Shown: positions 9,159-19,332, counted from the stretch's first letter. The stretch is DNA of 64,000 bases from an uncultured Rikenellaceae bacterium (GCA_964446825.1 CAYUQR010000004.1:22828-86827); one strand, 5' to 3'. The notes: generated from the letters alone by a model not told the origin. Program-made: numbers and translations.

Positions 9159-10817
9159 ATGAATAATAATGATACCATATCAACGGATATATTAATAATC
9201 GGAGGAGGTCCCTCCGGTCTGGCAGCATCAATCCACCTGGCTGACATATTTAAGCAAAGGGGACTGAAAGGAAGAATATTACTGATAGAAAAAGGTCGTT
9301 CCATAGGGAGTCATATAATATCAGGTGCGGTTATAAAACCTTCAGTCTTCAGGGAATTACTTCCGGAAGCTGATATCTCTGAAATCCCTCTCACTTCAAA
9401 AGTAACTAAAGACAAAACTATAATGCTGGGGAAAAAAGGTGCTATAGCCCTTCCATTTAATATTCCCTATATGAGGAACAAAGGTAACTATACAGCTTCA
9501 TTAGGGCAGATATGCAGGTATTTAGCTGTCAAAGCCCAGGAAAGGGGGGTAGAGATATATCCCGGTTTTGCTGTTGATGAGATATTATACAAAGATGGAA
9601 AAGTGATTGGTGCCAAAACAAAAGATACTGGTCTGGATCATCATGGACATCAGCTGGAGAATTTCCAGGCAGGTACGAGTATAGAGGCTAAAATTACAAT
9701 TTTTGCAGAAGGGACAAGAGGCAGTCTTACCAAAACCCTGATTAAAAAATTCAATTTAACACTAGGCAGAAACGAACAGGTTTATTCATTAGGCTGCAAG
9801 GAATTATGGACAGTTCCCGAGGGCAACATTGAGGCCGGTCAGATTTACCATACGATGGGTTATCCGCTCAATATTGATGAATTCGGAGGAGGCTTCATTT
9901 ACGGGTTAAAAGATAATAAAGTAGCCGTCGGGCTTGTTGTCGGACTCGACTATAAAGATCCTTCTTTCGATACACACGATGCATTCCAGGTATGGAAAAC
10001 CACCCCCTTTGTTTCCAGTATTTTAAAAGGAGGCAAACTTCTGGAATATGGGGCTAAAACACTTCCTGAAGGTGGATACTATGCCATTCCAAAATTGTAT
10101 GTCGACAACGCTCTGATAGTCGGCGACAGTGCAGGCCTGGTTGCCATGCCAGCTTTAAAAGGAGTCCACCTGGCTATTAAATCCGGTATGCTGGCCGCAG
10201 AAACCACAGCCAATGCTCTGGAAAACAAGGATACTTCGGAAAGAACCCTTCAACAATACGAAACACTTTTAAATGCCAGTATAATTCACAAAGAACTTTA
10301 TCCTGTTCGTAATTTCAGACAGGGATTTGCCAAGGGGGAAATAATCGGCGCTTTACATTTCGCGACGCAATTAATAACTGGTGGAGCAGGTTTCTTCGGC
10401 AGGTTGAGATCTCATCCCGACTATCAGACCACACAAAAAATAAGCGAATTTAAAAAGAAACCTTTTAAGGATCGTTTCAAAGGTCAACTGGAGTTTGACA
10501 AAGTGCTGACATTCGATAAAGCTACTGATGTTTTCTATTCGGGAGTATACCACGATGAGCAACAGGTTGTTCATCTTCAGATTAACGACCCGGATAAGTT
10601 TAATGCAATTAACATTGAAGAATATGGGGCTCCCGAGCAATTCTTTTGTTCGTCGGAGGTATATGAACTTCATGTTAGCAAAACCGGAGAGAAGGAGCTC
10701 AGAATCCATGCAGAAAACTGCATGCACTGCAAAACCTGTGACATTAAATCTCCAGAAGAAGGAATTACATGGTTAGTGCCCAATGGCGGAAACGGGCCGG
10801 ATTTTCAAAATATGTAA
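9159..10817 (+). CDS. ETF:quinone oxidoreductase (FixC-FixX-like)
   Basis: GGGPSGL, GSHIISGAV, YGAKTLPEGG, C-terminal CMHCKTCDIK; likely start 9159. Confidence 0.9.
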   Translation: MNNNDTISTDILIIGGGPSGLAASIHLADIFKQRGLKGRILLIEKGRSIGSHIISGAVIKPSVFRELLPEADISEIPLTSKVTKDKTIMLGKKGAIALPFNIPYMRNKGNYTASLGQICRYLAVKAQERGVEIYPGFAVDEILYKDGKVIGAKTKDTGLDHHGHQLENFQAGTSIEAKITIFAEGTRGSLTKTLIKKFNLTLGRNEQVYSLGCKELWTVPEGNIEAGQIYHTMGYPLNIDEFGGGFIYGLKDNKVAVGLVVGLDYKDPSFDTHDAFQVWKTTPFVSSILKGGKLLEYGAKTLPEGGYYAIPKLYVDNALIVGDSAGLVAMPALKGVHLAIKSGMLAAETTANALENKDTSERTLQQYETLLNASIIHKELYPVRNFRQGFAKGEIIGALHFATQLITGGAGFFGRLRSHPDYQTTQKISEFKKKPFKDRFKGQLEFDKVLTFDKATDVFYSGVYHDEQQVVHLQINDPDKFNAINIEEYGAPEQFFCSSEVYELHVSKTGEKELRIHAENCMHCKTCDIKSPEEGITWLVPNGGNGPDFQNM

Positions 10818-10839
10818 ACAATTGTAAGATAATATAGCA

Positions 10840-12783
10840 ATGGCTCTAACAATATTAAGTCTGATAAAACAAGTCCCGCTGCCAGGTGAAATGAGAATGG
10901 GAGAAGATGGTTTGATGGAGCGGACAAAAGCAAAATCAATAATTAATATTGATTGCCAGTTTGGTTTGGAAGCCGGACTGCAACTCAAAAAACAACATCC
11001 TGATGCAAGGTTAATTGTTTGCTCAATGGGACCCGGTTCGTTTGAAAACTCTCTCAGAACTGCTATTTCCATGGGTTATGACGAAGCATACCTTTTATCT
11101 GACCGTAAACTTGGAGGAAGCGATACTTTTGCTACCGGCCTGGCTCTATCAACATTGATCAGGCACCTGGGCTTCACAAAAGATTCCAAAGAACCATTTA
11201 TTATTCTTGCAGGACGCCAGACCAGTGATGGCGATACGGCACATGTGCCATCGCAGGTGGCAGAAAACATGGGCATTCCACAGGCCACTTTTATAGAGAG
11301 CATAAAAGACGATGGACGTGGAAACGTTCTGGTAAAAAGGATTATAGAGGGTGGATATCAGATGATGAGATTACCCCTGCCCTGCGTAATCTCCCTTACC
11401 CCTACCGGAATCCCTCCTCGAAAGCCTTCGCTGAGTGGTGCGATTAAGGCCCGCAATATAAACATTACAACTTTCGGAGTCGACCAGATTGGTTTGGGAA
11501 CGGAGAAAATCGGTATTAATGGCTCACCTACCATTGTTTCGAAAGTGGTCAACATTGTTAGCGAACGACCACCTGTCGCATTGGCAGAAGGTCATAATGA
11601 AGTTAAGCTGGTTGATAGTCTGATCGAAAACTTTAAAAAAGGCGGGAATGTCCTGGAGAAGAAAGAGAAAGTTGCCAGGAAGGAAATCGAACGCCCTGAT
11701 TACCCCGAGAAAGACTTCAGAAACGGTGCAAGAGGCATTGTTACCTGGGCCGAGGTAGCCAACGGTAAAATTACAAGGCCATCCCTTGAACTTCTGACCC
11801 CGGCGAGAAACCTTGCAACGGAGTTAGGTGACAACACCCGGGTAATGACAATGATTATAGGAAAAAATGTTGGACCATTGGCTCAGACCCTTATTGAGCA
11901 TGGTTCAGATGAAGTAGTTATTGTCGAAAACAATAAGCTTGAAGAATATCTTGTTCTGCCCTTCTCCTCGATTTTTGCACAATTCATCAGGGAAAGGAAG
12001 CCTGAGATTGCTCTTTTTGCAGCAACAACATCAGGGAGGGAACTGGCTCCCAGGATCGCGATGAAAACCGAAAGCGGAGTAACAGCCGACTGCACCGGGC
12101 TCGAGATTGGAGAGTACATAAACAAGAAAGAACAGGTCATTTACAGACCTATACTCGAATCGCGCAGGCCCACTTACGGAGAAAGCAAACTTGCCACAAT
12201 CCTTGGCTTTGTATGTCCCCAGGTTTCGACAGCACGGGCAGGAACATTCGAAGTTCCTGAACGCATAGAAGGAAGACAGGGTATTATTTCAACTTTCAAA
12301 CCTGTTCTAAATGAAAAAGATTTTGTTGTTGAGATTGTGGAAACGGTAAGAGGAGAAGGCGGACTTCAAAATCTCTTCGATGCTGATATTATAGTCTCAG
12401 GAGGAAGAGGTGCCACAGGAGATAATTTAGGGTTGATAAAAGCACTTGCTGAAGCTCTAAAAGATAAGGGGATAAATGCTGAATGGGCATGCAGCCGTAC
12501 AGTTGTTGACGAAGGCGTTGCAGAATATGCCAGACAAATTGGACAGACAGGTAAAACGGTACGTCCCAGAATATATATTGCTGTCGGCATCTCAGGCGCG
12601 CTTCAGCACCTGGCCGGCATGAAAGAATCGGGGAAAGTGATAGCAATTGACCATAACGCCAGGGCAAATATTTTTCATAATGCCGATTTTGGTATTGTTG
12701 GTGAATATGCAGATATAATACCTGAATTAATTGAACGGGTTAAAGCAGGGTTTGCCTTTGGCATTGAAGCGAAAAAAAATTGA
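10840..12783 (+). CDS. Fused electron transfer flavoprotein beta+alpha (EtfB-EtfA/FixA-FixB)
   Basis: N-terminal beta motifs SDRKLGGSDT and GRQTSDGDT; C-terminal alpha motifs SGGRG, QIGQTGKTVRP, VGISGALQH. Confidence 0.9.
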   Translation: MALTILSLIKQVPLPGEMRMGEDGLMERTKAKSIINIDCQFGLEAGLQLKKQHPDARLIVCSMGPGSFENSLRTAISMGYDEAYLLSDRKLGGSDTFATGLALSTLIRHLGFTKDSKEPFIILAGRQTSDGDTAHVPSQVAENMGIPQATFIESIKDDGRGNVLVKRIIEGGYQMMRLPLPCVISLTPTGIPPRKPSLSGAIKARNINITTFGVDQIGLGTEKIGINGSPTIVSKVVNIVSERPPVALAEGHNEVKLVDSLIENFKKGGNVLEKKEKVARKEIERPDYPEKDFRNGARGIVTWAEVANGKITRPSLELLTPARNLATELGDNTRVMTMIIGKNVGPLAQTLIEHGSDEVVIVENNKLEEYLVLPFSSIFAQFIRERKPEIALFAATTSGRELAPRIAMKTESGVTADCTGLEIGEYINKKEQVIYRPILESRRPTYGESKLATILGFVCPQVSTARAGTFEVPERIEGRQGIISTFKPVLNEKDFVVEIVETVRGEGGLQNLFDADIIVSGGRGATGDNLGLIKALAEALKDKGINAEWACSRTVVDEGVAEYARQIGQTGKTVRPRIYIAVGISGALQHLAGMKESGKVIAIDHNARANIFHNADFGIVGEYADIIPELIERVKAGFAFGIEAKKN

Positions 12784-12838
12784 CCAACATTCAGGGCCAA
12801 AGCAAAGAAGAATAAAGCCTTCTAACCTTTTGAATCCG

Positions 12839-13492
12839 TTATTGCTTTACAGATTTCAGTAACCTGACATATTTCTTAAGATGGAGATGTTCACTGAAAT
12901 CTCCAAAGCCATAACCTTTAAGAATTTCTTTCCAGTCGCGTTTTATATAATCAAAAGCATAAATACACTCAACTTTTTTAAAGATAGCCCGGTGTAACCA
13001 GGGCATCTTATACATATCAAATTCTGCATAATCAAGTATATAGAATGCCCCCCCCGGTTTCAAATGATCAAATGCATTTTTTATGACAGCGTCCCTTACT
13101 TCATGAGGAAAACCATGAATAACAAAACTGATAAAAACCTTATCATAAGTTTTTTGCAGGTTCAGTGGCTGATCGATACGCTGGTTGATAAATTTAACCC
13201 GGTTGTCATTCTTAAACCTTTGCCTGAATTGCTTTTCCATGTCCTCTGAAATATCCAGACCGGTAATGCGTCCGTCTTCCCCCAGGGAAGATAACATCAG
13301 ACCTGCATTACGTCCTGTTCCGCAACCTAAATCGAGAATTTGATCTCCCGGTTGAATCTCCATATCATTTATCACTCTTTTTATAAAACTCCTGTACATA
13401 CCGACAGATCCGATGTTCATCACCTTGTCGTAATTCCTGGCAGTGAAAGGAGTAAGTTCAACACCAGATTCGGGATATAACTTTTTATTCAT
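12839..13492 (-). CDS. Class I SAM-dependent methyltransferase (UbiE-like)
   Basis: ILDLGCGTG, ITGLDIS, LKPGG. Confidence 0.85.
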   Translation of the reverse strand: MNKKLYPESGVELTPFTARNYDKVMNIGSVGMYRSFIKRVINDMEIQPGDQILDLGCGTGRNAGLMLSSLGEDGRITGLDISEDMEKQFRQRFKNDNRVKFINQRIDQPLNLQKTYDKVFISFVIHGFPHEVRDAVIKNAFDHLKPGGAFYILDYAEFDMYKMPWLHRAIFKKVECIYAFDYIKRDWKEILKGYGFGDFSEHLHLKKYVRLLKSVKQ

Positions 13493-13500
13493 AGTGTAAA

Positions 13501-13923
13501 TTAAGATTCTGTCACTTTTATCTCCGATGTAATTCCCAGAGCTTTTTTATATGTGGCACTTACCCCGCAATATCTTTCCTCTGACAGTTCAATAGCAGTC
13601 TTAAGCTTATCCATCGGTAAGTTTTTACCCGTGAATTCGTATATAACATGCATTTTATAAAACTGTTTCGGATGCTCATCCGTAAGATCTCCCTCTACTT
13701 TAACATTAAAACTATCAACCTGTACCCTCATTTTTTTAAGGATTGAAATTACATCCATTGCAGTACAGCCCCCCAGAGCCAGCAGCATAAAAGGTTTCGG
13801 ACGGGGACCTTTGTCCTGCCCCCCTACCATTGGATCTGCATCGATAACTATTTTATGGCCGCCGATATCACCTTCAAAAGCCATTTCACCGAGCCATTTT
13901 GTATTTACAATTTCTTTTCCCAT
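13501..13923 (-). CDS. OsmC-family protein
   Basis: GPRPK..LLALGGCTAMDV, RYCGVS. Confidence 0.9.
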   Translation of the reverse strand: MGKEIVNTKWLGEMAFEGDIGGHKIVIDADPMVGGQDKGPRPKPFMLLALGGCTAMDVISILKKMRVQVDSFNVKVEGDLTDEHPKQFYKMHVIYEFTGKNLPMDKLKTAIELSEERYCGVSATYKKALGITSEIKVTES

Positions 13924-14001
13924 GATTATTTAATTTATGCAAAGTTAGCATGATTAGTATATCGAACAAAGCATTCGAGTTTGCTAACATGAATATAAAA
14001 G

Positions 14002-14020
14002 GTTGAGATATTTCAACTTT
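14002..14020. promoter_or_regulatory. FNR-like palindrome GTTGAGATATTTCAAC(TTT)
   Basis: TTGA-N6-TCAA spacing; identical 19-mer at 38747..38765; upstream of osmC. Confidence 0.45.
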
Positions 14021-14525
14021 TTCATTGTCAAAGTTCAATTCATCGGAATCAGGCAGAAGCATTATGAAAAATGTCAGAAGACATCATTCCCAAGCCGGAA
14101 TAATGCCAACTGATATTAAATGTGACCTGAATCTAAGGAAATAAATGGATGATCATCCGTTGGCACTGACTCTAATGACAGTGATCTGCAATCAATAAGT
14201 ATTCTTTTATCGCATCCCGGAATTACAGTAATAACCATTTTAGTATCCGATGGTAAACGTCATCGTGAAGAGGGCATTAAAAAAACAGAAATCTCCTGCA
14301 TCGCTTTAGTGCCGACACGATCCTGGTAGACACAGGTATCGGTAATTAAAGAAGCCGTAACCTATATGATAAACGGGTATTATAAATCAGGACATTTTGT
14401 TGCATTATACGGGTTCCAGGTTAATCTTTAATTATATGTATATGATGTAGGACAAATAATGGATTCGGCAATAATGCGCTACGGTATTGATGAAGTCCAC
14501 AACTTTTCAGCTCAAAATACTGAAC

Positions 14526-14870
14526 CTACTCTCCTTTTTCTAATTCTCCGAGTCGTTTTTCAATATCTTCCTGCGAGCGGCTGAGTGCATCTGCCTGAGA
14601 TTTAAGCAGTTTAACTTCATCTTCTTTACTCATCGAAGGCATCCAGGGATAGCCCTTAAAGGATCCAGTATAAGCTCCGCCAAAGTTCCGGCCCCAGCCG
14701 AACCCCCTGCCTCTGCCCATACCCATACCTCTTCCATAGCCAAATCCCCTGCCCATTCCACCTCCAACTCCTTTTGTAAATCCCGGGGAATCAAATCCCT
14801 CACAATATCCTAATGCTCTTCCGGTTCTGAAACCTTGTCCCATTGGTCCGGTACGATCTCCTCTTGGCAT
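14526..14870 (-). CDS. DUF5320 domain protein (Gly/Arg-rich, C-terminal coiled coil)
   Basis: MPRGDRTGPMGQG.RTGRALGYC; true start 14870, because the longer ORF overlaps the promoter. Confidence 0.85.
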   Translation of the reverse strand: MPRGDRTGPMGQGFRTGRALGYCEGFDSPGFTKGVGGGMGRGFGYGRGMGMGRGRGFGWGRNFGGAYTGSFKGYPWMPSMSKEDEVKLLKSQADALSRSQEDIEKRLGELEKGE

Positions 14871-14978
14871 AATACTTAATTTTTTAAGTTTAATACTTAA
14901 TTTACTTAATATTAACTGTTTAACCAGATTAATGTGCCTGAGTATACAGTAATATATAATACAAAGATACAAATTAAT

Positions 14979-14994
14979 ATGAACATATGTTCAC
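14979..14994. promoter_or_regulatory. Operator ATGAAC-ATAT-GTTCAC
   Basis: Next to minus-strand -7 element TATCTTTG (14962..14969), upstream of the DUF5320 gene. Confidence 0.75.
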
Positions 14995-15046
14995 TTTATT
15001 TAAAATATTTTTGAATTTCATATCCCAAATTGTAAAAGAACTCTTA

Positions 15047-16765
15047 TTAAGTGAGCGTTACAGATAAAATCAAATTTAATAGCCCACCGGTTATCAGAGC
15101 TGATAAAAGCATTATCACTGTTGACTTCAATAAATCAATTAGGCCCAGTTCTTTTAAAAGTACTGCAAATGTAGCTACACACGGGAAGTACATAGATAAA
15201 ACAACAGATGAAACAATAAGCTGCTTTAGAGTCATGTTTAGAGGAATAAGCATTCCCACGGCAAGGTCTTTTCGCAGGAATCCAATTATCAATGCCCCCA
15301 CTGCCTCCTGAGGCAAACCTAAAAAATGATTAAAAACAGGGGCTGCTATTTTCCCGATAAACTGGATAACACCAAATGTATAAAGGAGATTGGCAATTAA
15401 AACACCAACCAACACAAAAGGCAGTGCTTCTTTGATAAACCACTTTAATCTCATCCAGACTTTTTTTGCTACCCCACTCAGATAAGGTATTCTGTATGGT
15501 GGAATTTCAATAAATATTTCTGGTGAGGTGCCCCTTATTATTTTTCTGAGAATTAAGCCTAATATGAACCACACCACTAACAGTGTTCCAAAAACCATAC
15601 CTAATCCTTTTATGCCATAGGGACCCAACAGACCGAATAACATAGCTTGTAGAGCCATGCAGGGTACTGCAATTGACATTAATGTTGCTGCAATAAATTT
15701 TTCCTTCCTTGTTTCCAGTATCCGCGTTGCCATGGCTCCCGGAACATTACATCCAAACCCCAGAAGCATGGGTATAATAGCAAGACCATGAAGACCCAAT
15801 TTATGCATTATGGTATCTACCATTACCGCCACACGGGGCAGATAACCTGAATCTTCCAAAAACGCAAGAACTGCATAAAATGCAAATACATACGGCAAGA
15901 CGGCTCCAATCGGTACAAATAATCCGGTGGTTAAAAGACCGAATGACTTTCCATAGTCCACAGCTCCGTTTACGAGCCTGCCAATAAGCAAATCATGCAA
16001 AACCACATGATTGCTCAAAAGTGCTGAGAGTTTAAGCATCAGGGGGGACCAGACATTTTCAAATAAAGGGTGAAATACGTAGTTTATCAGATTTTCTCCC
16101 AGGAAACGTATTGCCATGAACACCGACAGCAAAACCAATATCAGAATAGGGATACCTGTTATGGGTTTTACTGAAGCGTCGCGCAACTTTTCGGAAAAAG
16201 TATGGTGTTTATGTATCACATCCTGCACCTGTTCAATAATTTTACCAATTTCGTTCCACCTCTCTTCTTTATTAAAAACAAAATCAGAAGGGTGGGCTTC
16301 CTTAATTTTTTCAACAAGTTCCTTAATCCCTTCCCCTGTTAATGCACATGTAGGGATGCACGAGATGCCGATAATTTGTTCAAGTTTTTTCACATCAATT
16401 GAAATACCAATATGCTCTGTTTCATCAAAAAGATTAAGAGCAATCAGCATCGGCTTTTTCATCTGGATCAGTTGAAGCGTCAGATTCAGGTTACGCTCAA
16501 GGTTTGTTGAATCTATTATCTGTATAATAATATCACCTTCTTTAAGCATTTCTGTTGCCACCTCTTCGGCTTTGCATGTAGGATCCAGAGTATAAATACC
16601 CGGCACATCAATTATTTCAGCCCGTTCACCGGCCAGTGACACAAACCCCTTCGTGAAATCTATGGTAGTACCGGGGTAATTCGATGAAATCACATCTACA
16701 CCCGTAAGGCGGTTAAAAATAACACTCTTGCCTACATTAGGATTTCCTGTCAGCAAAATTTTCAT
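15047..16765 (-). CDS. feoB: Ferrous iron transporter B
   Basis: GNPNVGKS, NYPGTT, DVPGIY GTPase motifs; GFGCNVPG and YFPCVAT in the membrane domain. Confidence 0.95.
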   Translation of the reverse strand: MKILLTGNPNVGKSVIFNRLTGVDVISSNYPGTTIDFTKGFVSLAGERAEIIDVPGIYTLDPTCKAEEVATEMLKEGDIIIQIIDSTNLERNLNLTLQLIQMKKPMLIALNLFDETEHIGISIDVKKLEQIIGISCIPTCALTGEGIKELVEKIKEAHPSDFVFNKEERWNEIGKIIEQVQDVIHKHHTFSEKLRDASVKPITGIPILILVLLSVFMAIRFLGENLINYVFHPLFENVWSPLMLKLSALLSNHVVLHDLLIGRLVNGAVDYGKSFGLLTTGLFVPIGAVLPYVFAFYAVLAFLEDSGYLPRVAVMVDTIMHKLGLHGLAIIPMLLGFGCNVPGAMATRILETRKEKFIAATLMSIAVPCMALQAMLFGLLGPYGIKGLGMVFGTLLVVWFILGLILRKIIRGTSPEIFIEIPPYRIPYLSGVAKKVWMRLKWFIKEALPFVLVGVLIANLLYTFGVIQFIGKIAAPVFNHFLGLPQEAVGALIIGFLRKDLAVGMLIPLNMTLKQLIVSSVVLSMYFPCVATFAVLLKELGLIDLLKSTVIMLLSALITGGLLNLILSVTLT

Positions 16766-16777
16766 CAGGATCCCGGT

Positions 16778-17005
16778 TTATTTTATCTCCACCATTATTT
16801 TATTGGCCATACCATATCCTATAGCAAGTTCCGTATTACCTGAGCGTATTATCACGGGCCCCTTCATCCATTGACTGTTGACTTTGATAATTTCTTTTCC
16901 TGTCCGTATCCCCAAAGCATCAAGTTTTTTAACTAATCCAGCTCCTCCGTTAATAGTCATAATTATTCCTTTTTTCCCTTCTGGCAATTTATTAATTGAT
17001 ATCAT
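16778..17005 (-). CDS. feoA: FeoA family protein
   Basis: KLDALGIRTG, GPVII, AIGYGMANKI; adjacent to feoB. Confidence 0.9.
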   Translation of the reverse strand: MISINKLPEGKKGIIMTINGGAGLVKKLDALGIRTGKEIIKVNSQWMKGPVIIRSGNTELAIGYGMANKIMVEIK

Positions 17006-17008
17006 TAT

Positions 17009-17188
17009 TTAAGTATTATATTTTAAACGTTTCCCTCTTCCTTCTCCACCTCCTGATTTTCGGCGTTTGCCCATTCCTTTGCCAAGTTTCTGCAATAATT
17101 CTTCCCGAGGTACTTTTTTGCACTTACCAAGTCCTCTGCCTGTATCAGGTCCTTTGCCTTCAGGCCCGGTTCCATTCATTTGTGGCAT
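17009..17188 (-). CDS. DUF5320-like small protein (59 aa)
   Basis: Hand translation MPQMNGTGPEGKGPDTGRGLGKCKKVPREELLQKLGKGMGKRRKSGGGEGRGKRLKYNT; paralog of 3802..3984; not in the ORF track. Confidence 0.85.
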   Translation of the reverse strand: MPQMNGTGPEGKGPDTGRGLGKCKKVPREELLQKLGKGMGKRRKSGGGEGRGKRLKYNT

Positions 17189-17340
17189 AATTAAATGTTT
17201 ATCATAGTTATTATTTGTTGCACCGTTTTCAGTCAGTTTTTACAATTATCGAATAATGGACAACCCGTAAATCCTCTTTCGATCATTGTATTTAAGTTAT
17301 TAGCCGATACTTTAAGTGTTAAAATCATATTAACAACAGA

Positions 17341-18120
17341 TTAAAAATTATATATGTTTCCCGTTTTTACCAGGGCATTACCAAAGTTTTCATAAAAAGC
17401 CGACAAAGCTGGAAGATCAGTGCAATGTGAAGGCAAAACATGTTTCAGTTTATTATCTTTAATGTACCTGATTGTCTCCTTTGTCTGATTGTTATTCTCC
17501 TTCAGGTGAAACCCTCCCATTATGCCATAAAGATTATTTATACCGGTTACTTTCTTTGCATGTTCAAGGGTATTAACAATTCCAGCATGCCCACAACCAG
17601 TCACAACAAACAAACCCTCAGCCATTATAATAGCCATGGCACTATCGTCCATTACAAAATCATGTGTCCCATCTTCGAAAACAAAAGAGGTGGTAAGTGA
17701 TTCAAAATCGGTTACCCGGGGAATCTCTCCCAGAAAAAATATCTGCTCATAAATGTTATAAGGTTTAGATGCAGTAACAAGTTCGAATCTTCCGGCAAGT
17801 TCGTCTTTTGAATTTTTCAACCCAATATAAGAATTGTCCACTTTTCTGTATCGTTTCACAAAGCAACCCGGGTGACAAAGCAATCTGCCACCGGAGAGGT
17901 TCCATAATCCATCACCATGGTCAAAATGGCCATGACTCAGAATTACCATATCAATATCTTTCATACTGATGTTCATTACCTCTGCATTTTTCAGGAACAT
18001 ATCGCTTTGCCCCGTATCAAAAAGTAATCGTTTCCCATCGTATTCAATAAGATACGATAACCCATGTTCTGCAGGAGTATGTGAACCAGGATGATTATCT
18101 GCAAGCACTGAAATTTTCAT
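17341..18120 (-). CDS. MBL-fold metallo-hydrolase (COG1237-like)
   Basis: AEHGLS, FDTGQS, SHGHFDHGDG, GCGHAGIVN, GGFHL, SHCT. Confidence 0.9.
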   Translation of the reverse strand: MKISVLADNHPGSHTPAEHGLSYLIEYDGKRLLFDTGQSDMFLKNAEVMNISMKDIDMVILSHGHFDHGDGLWNLSGGRLLCHPGCFVKRYRKVDNSYIGLKNSKDELAGRFELVTASKPYNIYEQIFFLGEIPRVTDFESLTTSFVFEDGTHDFVMDDSAMAIIMAEGLFVVTGCGHAGIVNTLEHAKKVTGINNLYGIMGGFHLKENNNQTKETIRYIKDNKLKHVLPSHCTDLPALSAFYENFGNALVKTGNIYNF

Positions 18121-18129
18121 ATTAAATTT

Positions 18130-18152
18130 TTATTCAAATTTAATCTAAATAA
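18130..18152. promoter_or_regulatory. Fur-type box candidate TTATTCAAA-N5-TCTAAATAA
   Basis: Imperfect 9-5-9 palindrome upstream of the MBL-feoAB run; homologous site at 27602. Confidence 0.5.
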
Positions 18153-18159
18153 TTTTTAT

Positions 18160-18175
18160 ATGAACAATAGTTCAT
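18160..18175. promoter_or_regulatory. Operator ATGAAC-AATA-GTTCAT
   Basis: Perfect arms, in the divergent intergenic region between MBL and psd. Confidence 0.8.
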
Positions 18176-18241
18176 TTAAATTTACATGGTTTCTAATTAC
18201 AACTACGAATTCCGTAATCTAAAAACCATACTCTTGCAACA

Positions 18242-19105
18242 ATGTACATTTATAAAAATTCATACCCGCTTTTATTCCGCCTGGGTATAATTCTGATTAT
18301 CATAAATATATTTATAATATTCATAGCATTCCAGGGTAAGGCTTACCTTATTATACCAACGGTTTCTGTTTTTGCATTTATAAGCACAGTACTTTTTTTC
18401 AGAGTGCCGGAGAGAATAATTGCCAAAAACAATAATCTTGTTTATGCTTCCGCCGATGGCACTGTTGTAGATGTTGAGGAACTGTTCGAAGATGAATATC
18501 TGAATACTTCCTGCACAAAAGTATCCATCTTCATGTCGATGTTCAATATTCATCAAAATATTATACCTGTAAGTGGTAAGATCATATATTATAAGCATCA
18601 CCCGGGAAAATATCTTGTGGCATGGCACCCAAAATCAAGTTTTAAAAATGAACACACATCTATAGTAATTGAGACTAATGACGGCTTAAAACTTATGGTA
18701 CGGCAGATTGCCGGGTTTGTGGCAAGACGTATTATTTGCAATATAAAAGAAAATGATTATGTTGAACAGGGCGAAGAGCTGGGTTTTATTTTGTTCGGTT
18801 CACGGGTTGATATATTTCTTCCGGACAATACTGCGTTAAAAGTTAAAACAGGAGATAAGGTTAAAGCCAATATTAACCCAATTGCCGCGGTCGCTTATAA
18901 AGATACTGAAATAGAGTGCAAATGGTACCCGGTATGTCCTTTGAGAATATTCTACGAACAGGGAAAATTGGATAAAAGCTGGATTGAATTATATTGTAAA
19001 GGAGCATGGCTGAATTGTATAAGATACCAGATGGAAGAAAATGGAGAATATCATCCTGATAATATGATGCCCGACGGTAGTATAAATGATTTATTAACAA
19101 TATAG
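18242..19105 (+). CDS. psd: Phosphatidylserine decarboxylase proenzyme fused to a C-terminal Cys-containing small domain
   Basis: SADGTVV, HQNIIPVSG, RQIAGFVARRI, FGSRVD cleavage motif; extra ~65 aa CKWYPVCP..LYCKG..CIRY..HPD. Confidence 0.85.
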   Translation: MYIYKNSYPLLFRLGIILIIINIFIIFIAFQGKAYLIIPTVSVFAFISTVLFFRVPERIIAKNNNLVYASADGTVVDVEELFEDEYLNTSCTKVSIFMSMFNIHQNIIPVSGKIIYYKHHPGKYLVAWHPKSSFKNEHTSIVIETNDGLKLMVRQIAGFVARRIICNIKENDYVEQGEELGFILFGSRVDIFLPDNTALKVKTGDKVKANINPIAAVAYKDTEIECKWYPVCPLRIFYEQGKLDKSWIELYCKGAWLNCIRYQMEENGEYHPDNMMPDGSINDLLTI

Positions 19106-19119
19106 AAATGATTAAAATT

Positions 19120-19332
19120 ATGGAAAAATATTTAGTTGCATCATCAGGTGATACACTTGATTCAAAAGTAGCCAAAAGATTCGGTCATTCAGGATGCAAA
19201 GCAGGCGATTGCGATGGCGGGCATGGAACAGGAATAGGCATGGGCATGGGACAAAGAGATGGAAGAGTAATGGGCGAAGAAAGAGGAGCAGGAATGGGTA
19301 GCGGCAGAATCAGAGGCGAAAGAGGAAAATGA
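19120..19332 (+). pseudogene. Internally deleted NifB/NifX-family gene
   Basis: N-terminus nearly identical to 27806..28312, then jumps directly to the Gly-rich tail. Confidence 0.8.

Noticed and set aside
2888-12783. Nitrogen fixation cluster (NifX-like and Fix-like genes)
   Set aside because: No nifHDK/ENB in the window; these domains are common in non-diazotrophs
14040-14430. Possible decayed gene (e.g. ILVDTGIGN, MBL-like)
   Set aside because: Every frame has several stops and only one short motif; cannot be assigned
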